This document shows, in pieces, positions 29,977 through 39,600 of a stretch of DNA of 64,000 nucleotides. The notes under the pieces are model-generated. The model did not search any database. It was given only the letters and a program-made list of their open reading frames with translations, and was not told where the DNA came from. The stretch comes from Candidatus Zixiibacteriota bacterium (GTDB taxonomy: Bacteria > Zixibacteria > MSB-5A5 > GN15 > FEB-12): the NCBI GenBank assembly GCA_024278935.1, contig JAJRSF010000045.1, positions 98 through 64,097 on the forward strand. The letters are read 5' to 3'. Every line of letters starts with the position of its first letter. The first letter of the stretch is position 1. The position numbers were made by a program, and so were the translations under genes.

Positions 29977-32079
29977 TTAAACTTTGAACTTTGAAATTGC
30001 TACTTTAAGCCCTTCAGCTTCTTTGCTTAGAATTTCGGCAGCTTGTGCTGATTCTTCGGCACCAACAGCTGTTTCTCTTGAAATAGAGCTGATCTTTTCA
30101 ATGTTTGTTGAAATTTCTTCTGCAGCCACAGACTGTTGTTCTGTTGCTGTAGCGATCTGATGGATCATATCTGTCAATTTTTGTGACATACTAATAATAT
30201 CAGAAAGAGAGTTACCTGCCTTATCAGTTAGGTCTGTACCGGTTTGAATTTCTTTAATACCAGCTTCCATCGAATTTACAGCTTCGCCGGTTTCAGTTTG
30301 CACCCCTTTAATCATTCCGGTAATTTCACCGGTTGCTTTACCAGTTCGTTCAGCAAGTTTACGAACTTCATCGGCGACAACGGCAAAACCACGGCCTTGT
30401 TCGCCGGCACGGGCAGCTTCGATAGCAGCGTTTAGAGCGAGAAGATTTGTTTGGTCAGCTATATCATCAATGACTCCGATAATCTCACCAATTTGTTCGG
30501 CAGATTTAGAAAGTTTTTCAATTGACAGAGCAGCTTCACTTATTACTTCAGTAATGCGGTGCATGCCTTGGATAGTTTCAGCAATTATTTCACCACCATT
30601 CCCGGCAGTATCTGAAGATTCTTTCGAGACATTATTGGCTTCACCTGTATTGTTTGATGTCTCTACAATAGTAGCAGTCATTTCTTCAATAGCTGTAGAT
30701 ACTTGGAGCACCTGTTCATTTTGCGATACAACACCCTTTGTCATCTGTTCAGCAGATGATGCAATCTCAGTTGCTGCTGCTGCTACTTGGTTTGTGTTTT
30801 CGTGGAAATGTTGAATTGTAGTTCTTAAATTAGCAGTCATCTTGTTAAGAGAAAGACTTATTTTATCTTTGGCTTCTAAAGTTCCTTCAATAGCAATTGC
30901 TAAAGAACCAATTTCATCTTTAGAATTTATTTCAAGACTATCAATTTTATTTTCTTTCATACTTACTGTGAGGTCGTTGTTAGCGACTGATTCAATAACG
31001 TCTGTAAGAAGAGCAAACTCGGTATTCATTTTGTCAGTTAATTCAACAACCTGGCTAATAGGTTTTGAGATTGAACGACCAAGGTAGATACCAATTGCTG
31101 AACAAAGGAGCAGTCCAATTCCTAACAATACCCACTGTAAGGAAAGTAACGATGCGAGCATTGACTCTGCTTTTTCTGTATTTGCGGTCAATAGTTGCTG
31201 TTGACTAACAGTTAAATCTGAGAGAAGTGTTTTGATTTTAAATGCCGTAGGGGCAGCTTTTGTTCCGAGCCAATAGTTTGCTATATCGTATTGATTACTT
31301 CCTCGTATATCAAACATTTTTGGAGGAAGTGGAGCAAATAATTTTCTAGCATCAGCAAACTTTTTAAATGAAATTTTTTGGTCAGCTTGTAACAAATTTG
31401 ACTTTGATTCAAGTTCAGCAAATCTTCTTTCATTTTTCGCCCAAAATTTATCATATTTGTTTTTGAATTTAATATCACCTGACAACAAGTATGCTCTGAT
31501 ATTTGCAAGCCCAAGTCCTAAAGAACCACGCACATCAGCCATCATACCTAAAAGTTGTTTACGGGCTGGAGTTGCTTTTTCTTTTAATTCCTGATCTATA
31601 ATTTTTGTGATTTCTGTAGACATTATTCCGGCGACCGGAGCAGCATCATCAAATAATATTTTGAGATCAGGTCTTTGAGCCGGAGTATTGGCAATATTTT
31701 CAATCTCATTTTGATAATCTTTGAACTGACTCAAGAGGATGTTAATCTCTTTTAATTTGTCAATATTTTCAGCATAAGCCCAATTAGAAGATAAAGAATT
31801 CATCTCATTAACTGCGGCATCAATATTTACCCAGGCATCAGCTCTTTGGTCTTTGAATTTATCTTTACCAAGAATAATCCAACCACGCAAAGCGGCAAGA
31901 GAGTGGTTGACTCCATTGAGAACTTTTAGTCCTGCTTGTGCTGTTGGCACTTGATTGTTAATAACTTGATCATTGATAGCTTGATTCTCAGATACTTCAT
32001 AAGCCGTGAAAAAAATCGAGCCAAATAGTATCAGTGAAGCAAGGGCAAAACCGGTTAGGATTTTTGATTGAATCTTCAT
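29977..32079 (-). CDS. Methyl-accepting chemotaxis protein with a helical (CHASE3/4HB-like) periplasmic sensor (MCP3)
   Basis: 700 aa. The sensor has two LRG(W/Y).(I/L)L.GD.KF-type motifs ([29 protein letters not shown]). The HAMP and MA module is very similar to MCP1. Confidence 0.85.
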   Translation of the reverse strand: MKIQSKILTGFALASLILFGSIFFTAYEVSENQAINDQVINNQVPTAQAGLKVLNGVNHSLAALRGWIILGKDKFKDQRADAWVNIDAAVNEMNSLSSNWAYAENIDKLKEINILLSQFKDYQNEIENIANTPAQRPDLKILFDDAAPVAGIMSTEITKIIDQELKEKATPARKQLLGMMADVRGSLGLGLANIRAYLLSGDIKFKNKYDKFWAKNERRFAELESKSNLLQADQKISFKKFADARKLFAPLPPKMFDIRGSNQYDIANYWLGTKAAPTAFKIKTLLSDLTVSQQQLLTANTEKAESMLASLLSLQWVLLGIGLLLCSAIGIYLGRSISKPISQVVELTDKMNTEFALLTDVIESVANNDLTVSMKENKIDSLEINSKDEIGSLAIAIEGTLEAKDKISLSLNKMTANLRTTIQHFHENTNQVAAAATEIASSAEQMTKGVVSQNEQVLQVSTAIEEMTATIVETSNNTGEANNVSKESSDTAGNGGEIIAETIQGMHRITEVISEAALSIEKLSKSAEQIGEIIGVIDDIADQTNLLALNAAIEAARAGEQGRGFAVVADEVRKLAERTGKATGEITGMIKGVQTETGEAVNSMEAGIKEIQTGTDLTDKAGNSLSDIISMSQKLTDMIHQIATATEQQSVAAEEISTNIEKISSISRETAVGAEESAQAAEILSKEAEGLKVAISKFKV

Positions 32080-32161
32080 CTTTTACTCCTGTGATTATAA
32101 AATGTTTCCTAATTTCCAACTTGAAATATTTAATGGAAGTTTTAAGCACATTTATGTATAT

Positions 32162-32188
32162 CTATCGACAACCTTTAAAATCTATTTA
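32162..32188 (-). promoter_or_regulatory. Sigma-28 (FliA)-type promoter of MCP3
   Basis: The minus strand reads TAAA-N15-GTCGATAG, about 83 nt upstream of the start codon. Confidence 0.6.
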
Positions 32189-32433
32189 GTGGGTATTGTT
32201 AGTCTATTATAAAAATTTTAAAATACAGATAATTACTTATCCGACATATTGATAAAGAAATGGACAGATATTGCTATTTCCGAAATAAATTCTGTTTAAG
32301 TTATAATGTTATAGCTAATTTCAGTAGGTTTTGGTTGATTTAATAGCAATTTTTGGCTTTAAAAGGGAGATGAACTTAAGCTTTGACAATAATATGATTA
32401 CATAATTTGACAAAATTATAATATCTCCGTACT

Positions 32434-33903
32434 ATGGAGAAAATTATAAAAGAGAAGAATATGACTACTGAAGAAAAAAATATACGAAGAGCAACCTGTG
32501 CCGGTGACTGGTATCCAAAATCACCTGTTGAATTGACCAAACAAATCGCAACTTATTTTGCTGAAGCTGAAAAAGTACCGCTCGAAAATGATATATCAGC
32601 AATTATAGTTCCTCACGCAGGGTACATGTATTCTGGTAAAACTGCTGCCAAAGCATTCAAACAACTTGAAGGAAAACAGTTCGACACAGTTGTCGTAATT
32701 GCTCCCTCGCATAAAGTTTTTTTCCAAGGATGTTCAGTATTTAACGGCGACGGATATGCCACTCCATTAGGAGTCGTTGAAGTCGACAAAGAGTTGTCTG
32801 AAAAAATTGGCGAAATTGTACCATTGGTCTACCTCTCAAATATGGGACATGGTTCCGGTGAAGATAGAGGTGAACATGCCCTTGAGTTGCAACTTCCATT
32901 TTTACAAATTGTCTTAGGCAAATTCAAACTTGTCGCAATCGTTATGGGTGACCAGGAAGAGTCTTCGATAAATGCTTTAAGCGAAGTGCTTGCGATGACT
33001 TTTTCAGAGACGAATACACTGCTTGTCGCATCAACAGATCTTTCGCATTTTCATTCTGAAAAACAAGCCAACAGACTCGACGGAGAACTTCGGAAGACAC
33101 TTGAAAAATATGACCCTGAACTTTTGATAGATAAACTTGAACGTGGCAAAACAGAAGCATGTGGTGGCGGGATTGTTGCCTCGGTTTTAAAAGCGACCAA
33201 ACGGATGGGTGGTTCTCGGGTTGAGATTTTTGAATACACAACATCGGGAGCAGTAACCGGCGATTTTGAAGAAGTAGTCGGATATTTATCGGCAGCGGTG
33301 ATTACAGGTAAAGAAGTAATTCAAAAGAAAAGAACTTTGCTCGGCGTGCCGGTCGCAAGACCTAATAAAGAATTTATAATTTCAAAAAAAGAGCAAGTCT
33401 ACTTAAAAGAGATTGCCAAAAATGCTATTGAAGCACGACTTAATAATAAAAATTATTCGGCACCTGTTACTGATAAATTTAATATCAAACGCGGGCTTTT
33501 TGTTACTCTTAAAATCAACGGCGAGCTTCGTGGATGTATTGGCACAATAAAAGCAAGAGAACCAATCTATGATGCTATTGCGAATATGGCATTAGCGGCA
33601 GCGTTTAATGACCCTCGGTTTATTGAAATGACAGAAGAAGATTTCAAATCGGCTGAAATAGAAATTTCAATACTCTCTCCATTAAAGCGGGTGCATGAAA
33701 TATCTGAGATTCAAATAGGACGTGATGGGTTGCTTCTTAATTTTGATATGCATTCGGGACTCTTACTTCCGCAAGTAGCTACAGAGAACGACTGGGAAGT
33801 TCGCGAGTTTGTTGAGCAGACATGTCTGAAAGCCGGCTTACCAAAAAGCAGTTATAAAGATAAAGCTGCCGAACTCTATCGCTTCCAAGCAAAAGTCTTT
33901 TAG
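32434..33903 (+). CDS. Fusion of MEMO1-family (AmmeMemoRadiSam protein B) and AMMECR1 (protein A) domains
   Basis: 489 aa. The N-terminal half has AGDWYP...IVPHAGYMYSGKTAAKAF. The C-terminal half has the AMMECR1 signature GLFVTLKINGELRGCIGTI. Confidence 0.85.
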   Translation: MEKIIKEKNMTTEEKNIRRATCAGDWYPKSPVELTKQIATYFAEAEKVPLENDISAIIVPHAGYMYSGKTAAKAFKQLEGKQFDTVVVIAPSHKVFFQGCSVFNGDGYATPLGVVEVDKELSEKIGEIVPLVYLSNMGHGSGEDRGEHALELQLPFLQIVLGKFKLVAIVMGDQEESSINALSEVLAMTFSETNTLLVASTDLSHFHSEKQANRLDGELRKTLEKYDPELLIDKLERGKTEACGGGIVASVLKATKRMGGSRVEIFEYTTSGAVTGDFEEVVGYLSAAVITGKEVIQKKRTLLGVPVARPNKEFIISKKEQVYLKEIAKNAIEARLNNKNYSAPVTDKFNIKRGLFVTLKINGELRGCIGTIKAREPIYDAIANMALAAAFNDPRFIEMTEEDFKSAEIEISILSPLKRVHEISEIQIGRDGLLLNFDMHSGLLLPQVATENDWEVREFVEQTCLKAGLPKSSYKDKAAELYRFQAKVF

Positions 33904-33974
33904 TCTGCTTATTTTTCTATCAATCTAATCAGTTTTAATTTTGATACGATTATGCAAAGCAGTACATTCTTAGT

Positions 33975-34970
33975 ATGAATGATGCAAAGCAAAAAATTCT
34001 TATCACCGGTGCCAACGGTTTTGTTGGCACACGTCTGTGTAAAAAATTCCTCTCAGAAAATTTCGATGTTATCGCAGGTGTTAGAAAATCTGCCGACCTT
34101 TCTAACCTGGATGGTTTAGATGTAACATTTCGGTACGGCGATGTTACCCAAGCGGACACACTTGGCGAAATGGTCAAAGATGTTGACTATATTATTCATA
34201 ACGCCGGTGTTGTAAAAGCAAAAAAAATGCAGACATTTTTTGATGTTAACGAAATCGGTACACGGTCGCTACTTGATGCTATCGTTGCCCATAATCCAAA
34301 TCTGAAAAAACTTATTTTTATGTCATCGCTTGCTGCGGCAGGTCCTACCATAAACGATATACCTGTGACAGAAGATGATAACCCGCACCCTATTACTATA
34401 TATGGAAAATCAAAACTTGCCGGAGAGAAAGTTATAATCTCTTATAAAGATAAAATTTCGGTTGTAGCAGTTAGACCACCGGGGATCTATGGACCAGGTG
34501 ATAAAGAAATATTTTCATTTTTTGAAACGATTCATAAAAGAGTAAAACCGTATATCGGAAATGTACAACGGAAATTACAGCTTGTGCATGTTGATGATCT
34601 CTGCTTAGGAATTTTTCAGGCAATACAATCAGATACAATGTCGGGTTCGGTTTATTTTATAGCTGAAAACAAATCGTATACGATGGAACGATTGATTGAG
34701 CTGCTTGAAGATGCAGTTGGCAAGAAAGGGTTCCCGCTTATTCTGCCAGCATCGATTTTTAAAGCTCTATCGCACGTCTCAAAAGCTCTGTTTAAATTCG
34801 TTAACGCAACCCCTATGCTTACACCTGAAAAAGCAAACGAACTGTTAGCATCATGGGAAGTCTCAACATCAAAAGCAGAAAAAGAACTTGGTTATGTTTC
34901 GCAAATATCTTTTGCCGAAGGAGCCAAACAAACTTATAACTGGTACCTTAAAAAACGTTGGTTGAAATGA
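33975..34970 (+). CDS. NAD-dependent epimerase/dehydratase-family SDR
   Basis: 331 aa with ILITGANGFVGTRL (Rossmann) and YGKSK (YxxxK). Confidence 0.8.
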   Translation: MNDAKQKILITGANGFVGTRLCKKFLSENFDVIAGVRKSADLSNLDGLDVTFRYGDVTQADTLGEMVKDVDYIIHNAGVVKAKKMQTFFDVNEIGTRSLLDAIVAHNPNLKKLIFMSSLAAAGPTINDIPVTEDDNPHPITIYGKSKLAGEKVIISYKDKISVVAVRPPGIYGPGDKEIFSFFETIHKRVKPYIGNVQRKLQLVHVDDLCLGIFQAIQSDTMSGSVYFIAENKSYTMERLIELLEDAVGKKGFPLILPASIFKALSHVSKALFKFVNATPMLTPEKANELLASWEVSTSKAEKELGYVSQISFAEGAKQTYNWYLKKRWLK

Positions 34971-35386
34971 TAAATTCTACTTTGCTTTTATATTGTTTTC
35001 TAGCAGGAGGCGTCGCCCTTCTTTTGATGAGTTTTATAATGGAATTTATTTCCAGCAAATTAAAACTGCTCGATGGTATTCCAAAAGATATGCTTGAAGA
35101 AAGTTCCACTGCCTGGTTTACTTTGAATTTCTTAATGGAATTTTTGTTTTATGTTGTCATACCGTCAGTCGGTTACAGTTTCTTTTATCTCATGCTTCCA
35201 TTTGAAGGTTTGCGTGTAGGAATCGCGGCGGCACTGTTTGCACTTATCATGGGAGCTGTACCGCTTGTCATGGTTCTTTCGGTTCGGGTAAAACTTCCAA
35301 TGGCATATTTAAGTTTTTTATTATTGTCATATTTTTTCAAATTGGTAACATCGATGATTGTTATCGGATATTTATATTCTTTATAG
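34967..35386 (+). CDS. Small polytopic membrane protein (unknown function)
   Basis: About 139 aa with four hydrophobic helices. The ATG overlaps the upstream stop (ATGA), suggesting translational coupling. Confidence 0.55.
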   Translation: MINSTLLLYCFLAGGVALLLMSFIMEFISSKLKLLDGIPKDMLEESSTAWFTLNFLMEFLFYVVIPSVGYSFFYLMLPFEGLRVGIAAALFALIMGAVPLVMVLSVRVKLPMAYLSFLLLSYFFKLVTSMIVIGYLYSL

Positions 35387-35395
35387 GGAGATACA

Positions 35396-36562
35396 ATGCA
35401 GAAAAATATTTTAGAAAAATTTGAAGCTGTACGAAAACTTTTTCCACATACAAAAAATGTTGTCTATTTTAATTCAGCATCGTATGGCCCTTTTTCAACG
35501 CCGCTTGTAAAAGCTATCAATGGTAATATGCAAATTCGTATGGATGCCGACAAAGATGATTCTCCCGATGCTTTTAGACTTCGTGCTGATTTACGAAAAC
35601 GATATGCAAAACTTATAGGTGCCAAAAACGGCGATGTCGGAGTGAGCATGCATACAACTCAAGGGTTGAATATTGCTGCTTTTGGATTGCCACTGAAAAA
35701 AAATGATGAAGTCCTTATTTCCGATATAGAATTTCCTGCTTTGGTGTATACTTTTAAAGCTGCCGCTGAAGAACGTGGTTTTAAAGTAAAACTTGTGAAG
35801 TCACATAACCTACGATTTGATATTTCTGAATTTGAAAAAGCGATAACAAAACGTACCAAGGTTATTGCCGTTTCTTTTGTACAGTTTTTTAATGGGTATA
35901 AAATTGATCTGGAAGCTATCTCGGCTTTATGTCAGAAACATGATCTGTACTTTGTCGTTGATGGAATTCAGGGGATGGGTGTTGAGCCGATAAATGTGCG
36001 GAAATTAAAAATTGATATTTTTGCTTCGGGTTGTCAGAAATGGATGCTCTCTCCTCAGGGGTGTGGCTTCTTTTATCTGAGTGAAAAGATTCGTCCGAAA
36101 TTACAAATTCCGTTTATGAGTTGGATGGGTGTTGATTGGAAAATGCAGTTCGGTGACCTGTTTAAATATGAAAAAAAATATTTTGATACATCAGAAAAAT
36201 TTGAAATGGGATATTATGCTGTCTTAAACTTGCATGGTATGGCAGCAGCATTGGATGTTTTTGAAAAATTGAAAATCAGAAATATTCAAAAACATAACTA
36301 TGAACTTCTTGACATACTTGCCGATTATTTAAAATCATCTGACAAATACGAGATAACATCATCGCTTGAGAAAAAACACCGCTCATCGATTCTTACTTTT
36401 AAAGCAGATGATGTTGTGAAGCTTAAAGAGTTCTTATTTTCAAAAAAAATTATTGTAGTCGCTCGAGAAGGTTCTGTCAGAGTTTCGGTGCATCTGTTTA
36501 ATAACAAATCTGACATGAAAAAATTAATAAATGCTTTAAAACAATTTGCCAATAGATTATGA
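35396..36562 (+). CDS. Class V aminotransferase-fold PLP enzyme
   Basis: 388 aa with the pattern YFNSASYGP...VDGIQGMG...FASGCQKW (PLP Lys context), typical of NifS/IscS-like class V enzymes. There is no catalytic-loop Cys motif that I can assign. Confidence 0.7.
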   Translation: MQKNILEKFEAVRKLFPHTKNVVYFNSASYGPFSTPLVKAINGNMQIRMDADKDDSPDAFRLRADLRKRYAKLIGAKNGDVGVSMHTTQGLNIAAFGLPLKKNDEVLISDIEFPALVYTFKAAAEERGFKVKLVKSHNLRFDISEFEKAITKRTKVIAVSFVQFFNGYKIDLEAISALCQKHDLYFVVDGIQGMGVEPINVRKLKIDIFASGCQKWMLSPQGCGFFYLSEKIRPKLQIPFMSWMGVDWKMQFGDLFKYEKKYFDTSEKFEMGYYAVLNLHGMAAALDVFEKLKIRNIQKHNYELLDILADYLKSSDKYEITSSLEKKHRSSILTFKADDVVKLKEFLFSKKIIVVAREGSVRVSVHLFNNKSDMKKLINALKQFANRL

Positions 36563-37599
36563 TACACGACCTACAAGAAAATAAAATATTAGTGACCGGT
36601 GCTTCCGGTTCTCTCGGTTCTCAAATTTTGTTTGAACTAAACAAGCAAAAGATAAAACCGATTGCCCATGTGCGAGAGTCATCAGATACAACATATATAG
36701 ATTCATTAGAGCTTGAAAAACGTGCCGTTGATTTACGTCGTCGTGATAAAATGTCTGCCCTCATGGATGGTGTCGATTTAGTTATACATACTGCCGCCTA
36801 TGTGAATTTTCGCCAGGACAGACTTACCCAGTTTGCCGGGACGAACACAATCGCCGCTGTTGATTTGTTTAACGCCGCATCTAAAGCGGGAGTAAAACGG
36901 TTCCTGCATGTATCAACGATTGCCGCAGTTGGTGCGATAAAACGGAAAGAGAACCTGGCAGAACTTGATGGTCTCTTTAGCAATGAAAAATCAGAATTTA
37001 ATTTAGACCATCTGCATATTCCATATATCATGACTAAGCGGGCAGCAGAAGTTGAGCTGTATAAAGCTGCCAAAGATTCTAAAACCGAGCTGGTCATTGT
37101 AAACCCTTCAATAATAATCGCTCCATCACAAACCGAGTCTGACCGTGAGCGGGCATTGCGACTTTTCGGACGGTATATTTTCCCCGAGATTCCTATTCGG
37201 ATTAATATGGTAGACTTGCGCGATCTTGCCCCGGGGGTTCTTGGTGCATTGAGCAAGGGGGAAAATGGCGAACGATATATTTTGGGTGGTGATAATATTT
37301 CGGTCAAAAATTTTGCCTTGACCGCATCATCGGAGTTGGGCAAGATTCCGCATTTGGTACGGATCCCTCGGAAGTTCTATGACCTGACCTCACGCATTGC
37401 CGAGCGTAGTGCCAAGGTTATGGGTAAGAGTAATATTTCTTACTATCCTGATTTAGTTCGGATGCTTGATTTTGATTGGGCTTTTTCGTCGAAGAAGGCT
37501 CACGATACTTTTGGATATAAATGGCGTTCGATTGATATTTCTCTAAAAGATTTTGTCAACAGCGACATGGTCGGCACCTACCTCAAACCCGAAGCGTAA
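36559..37599 (+). CDS. NAD(P)-dependent SDR (epimerase/reductase family)
   Basis: 346 aa with ILVTGASGSLGSQI and YIMTKRAAE (YxxxK). There is an ATGA overlap with the upstream gene. Confidence 0.75.
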   Translation: MIHDLQENKILVTGASGSLGSQILFELNKQKIKPIAHVRESSDTTYIDSLELEKRAVDLRRRDKMSALMDGVDLVIHTAAYVNFRQDRLTQFAGTNTIAAVDLFNAASKAGVKRFLHVSTIAAVGAIKRKENLAELDGLFSNEKSEFNLDHLHIPYIMTKRAAEVELYKAAKDSKTELVIVNPSIIIAPSQTESDRERALRLFGRYIFPEIPIRINMVDLRDLAPGVLGALSKGENGERYILGGDNISVKNFALTASSELGKIPHLVRIPRKFYDLTSRIAERSAKVMGKSNISYYPDLVRMLDFDWAFSSKKAHDTFGYKWRSIDISLKDFVNSDMVGTYLKPEA

Positions 37600-37604
37600 G
37601 CTCT

Positions 37605-37988
37605 CTACCCAACCCTCACTGGGTTTTTGTCTTCGTCGACAGCGACCATCGTAAACAAGCCTTCAATGGCAAGTTCTCTATCCTCGGAATACATCTGTTC
37701 AATAAAAATCTCAACTTTCACCTGCACCGATGTTGTCCCGACTTTTACAACAGTTCCTATTAGTTCTGCAAGGGTTCCCGATGGAATCGGTTTGTTAAAA
37801 TCAGTACGGTCGATTGAGACGGTCACCATCCGCTGACGCGAGAACCGTGTTGCGGCAATAAAAGCGACTTCATCCATCCACTGTAAAGCCGTGCCGCCAA
37901 AAAGAGTATCATAATGATTGGTCGTATTGGGGAATACAGCTTTGACAATATGTGTTATCGATTTTTTTATTTTTTCTTCTTGAGTCAT
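37605..37988 (-). CDS. Hotdog-fold acyl-CoA thioesterase (YciA-like)
   Basis: 127 aa with NHYDTLFGGTALQWMDEVAFIAATRFS...VTVSIDRTDFNKPIPSG. Confidence 0.85.
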   Translation of the reverse strand: MTQEEKIKKSITHIVKAVFPNTTNHYDTLFGGTALQWMDEVAFIAATRFSRQRMVTVSIDRTDFNKPIPSGTLAELIGTVVKVGTTSVQVKVEIFIEQMYSEDRELAIEGLFTMVAVDEDKNPVRVG

Positions 37989-37990
37989 AA

Positions 37991-38428
37991 TTATTTTTTG
38001 AACAGTTTAAAGTCAACTGAATATCTTCCCGAACCTGAAAATAAAAGAGTGAGGTACGGCAGTAAATAAAGTGTGGCGAATTCTTTTTTACTCCAAGGAT
38101 CATCGCCATGGATAATAAATATTGCCACAAGCATGGTGATAATAAGAGGTACAGTTGCATAGCGGGTGAAGAATCCAAAAAGGATTGCGACCGAACAGAA
38201 AAATTCAGCAAAAACAGTTAATCCCAAACTTGCAACAGAGCCGACTCCCAATGGGTCAGGAAAATGAACTGCTTTTTCGGAGAAGCCAACTAATTTATCA
38301 AAGCCGTGCCCAAAAAGCATGAGCGATGCGATACCGATGCGAAGTAGAAGAAGACCGGTGTCTACCAGTTTTTGTTGTTTTGCGATGTCGATAGATTCAT
38401 CACGCCAATTGATTTTAAACTTTGTCAT
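37991..38428 (-). CDS. DoxX-family membrane protein
   Basis: 145 aa with LLLLRIGIASLMLFGHGFDKL and four TM helices. Confidence 0.8.
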   Translation of the reverse strand: MTKFKINWRDESIDIAKQQKLVDTGLLLLRIGIASLMLFGHGFDKLVGFSEKAVHFPDPLGVGSVASLGLTVFAEFFCSVAILFGFFTRYATVPLIITMLVAIFIIHGDDPWSKKEFATLYLLPYLTLLFSGSGRYSVDFKLFKK

Positions 38429-38535
38429 ATCATATTACCTGTAGATAGTTGTACGTTACATCTTTTAATAAAAGGAAATTTTGAATTAACTCCAATATAA
38501 AATTCTTGGAAGGAGGTTTTCAGAGATTTGTATTG

Positions 38536-38649
38536 CTATTTGTCCATCAAAATCAGAAATATAAAATACAAACAAAACCCGGCAAATAGAGCAGCTCCGA
38601 TAAGTGATCCCCATGCCAGTAATTTGTCAAACCAAGATTTTTGAGCCAT
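38536..38649 (-). CDS. Possible 37-aa single-TM micro-protein
   Basis: ATG at 38649 gives MAQKSWFDKLLAWGSLIGAALFAGFCLYFIFLILMDK. It falls below the ORF-track cutoff and the only support is its hydrophobic helix. Confidence 0.25.
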   Translation of the reverse strand: MAQKSWFDKLLAWGSLIGAALFAGFCLYFIFLILMDK

Positions 38650-38795
38650 TTATGAAACCGTTTGTCTTTTAATTCGTTATATATATGCACGGTTGATTAT
38701 TTCAACCGATGTAGTATATTAGAAATGTTGTTCAATGTAAAGCGAACAGCATCGGTACATCTCTCACGATGTCGAGCAAGACCCAATATGCATAT

Positions 38796-39162
38796 TGGGG
38801 GTGACCTGGCTTCGACGGGTATAGTGATTGGTTATCTGCGTGTCGGAGATGCTTAGATCTTCGTTATCAAAACTTAAGCAAACTTTTTTAATTGGCGAAA
38901 ATAACTACGCCCTCGCTGCCTAAATTTAATTTAGGATAAACAGCGCGCTGCCTTTCATCCTACTGTCTCCCGGGTGATAGCACAGCGTCGATAAAGGAGA
39001 CTCGACTGGTTGACGCCTTTAATTCCAGTTTAAACTAAAGGCTGGCTACAGGCTACGCCTGTCTTTCGGCAACGCTTGTAGCGAGAACTAATAGGAAGAC
39101 TACACACGTAGAAGATGACAGGCTGTTATATTCGGACGGGGGTTCGATTCCCCCCACCTCCA
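38796..39162 (+). ncRNA. ssrA: tmRNA (transfer-messenger RNA)
   Basis: The 5' end is GGGGGTGACCTGGCTTCGACGGG. The tag ORF GGC GAA AAT AAC TAC GCC CTC GCT GCC TAA (38894-38923) encodes GENNYALAA. The T-arm is GGGGG-TTCGATT-CCCCC, and the 3' acceptor strand CACCTCC pairs with 5' GGGGGTG. The discriminator is A and CCA is not encoded. Confidence 0.95.
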
Positions 39163-39330
39163 TTAATATTCTTTCTTTTGTAACTCATTGGCAAACAACA
39201 ATAAGCGCTTGAAAACCAAGCGTTTACATGTCTCTTGCACTTGAATAACCCTTAATAACTACCAATAACTTACAACGATAGTGGTCACAATGCACTTGCG
39301 AAAATAGTCCCATTTAGCTATGTTCTAAAT

Positions 39331-39447
39331 ATGGCACACCTATTTGAAAGACGTGGTATTTACTGGATTGACTACCGGATAAATAGTAAGAGGTTTCGGA
39401 TTACAACTGGTACTTCTAACAAGAAACATGATTTGCTTAAATTGTAA
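39331..39447 (+). pseudogene. Remnant (38 codons) of a tyrosine integrase N-terminal arm-binding domain
   Basis: MAHLFERRGIYWIDYRINSKRFRITTGTSNKKHDLLKL* resembles the K-R-G..W.IDY..NGKR.R.STGT.NKK start of many phage-type integrases. It lies directly after ssrA, and no catalytic domain follows. Confidence 0.6.
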
Positions 39448-39600
39448 GAGTGTTGTTTTGCTTAGGGATCATTATAGTAGATATCAACAACCCTCAACGT
39501 TTTTTACAATTGAGGGCTTTATGTTGAATACAAAGTTTGCTTTTCTTATTAATTTAACTTAAAAGTTTAGTTTTAATTCATCGCTCATTTACTTTCTTTA

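Noticed and set aside
38662-38856. A 64-aa ORF overlapping the start of ssrA.
   Set aside because: It overlaps the tmRNA 5' region (from 38796), whose structure and tag ORF are unambiguous.
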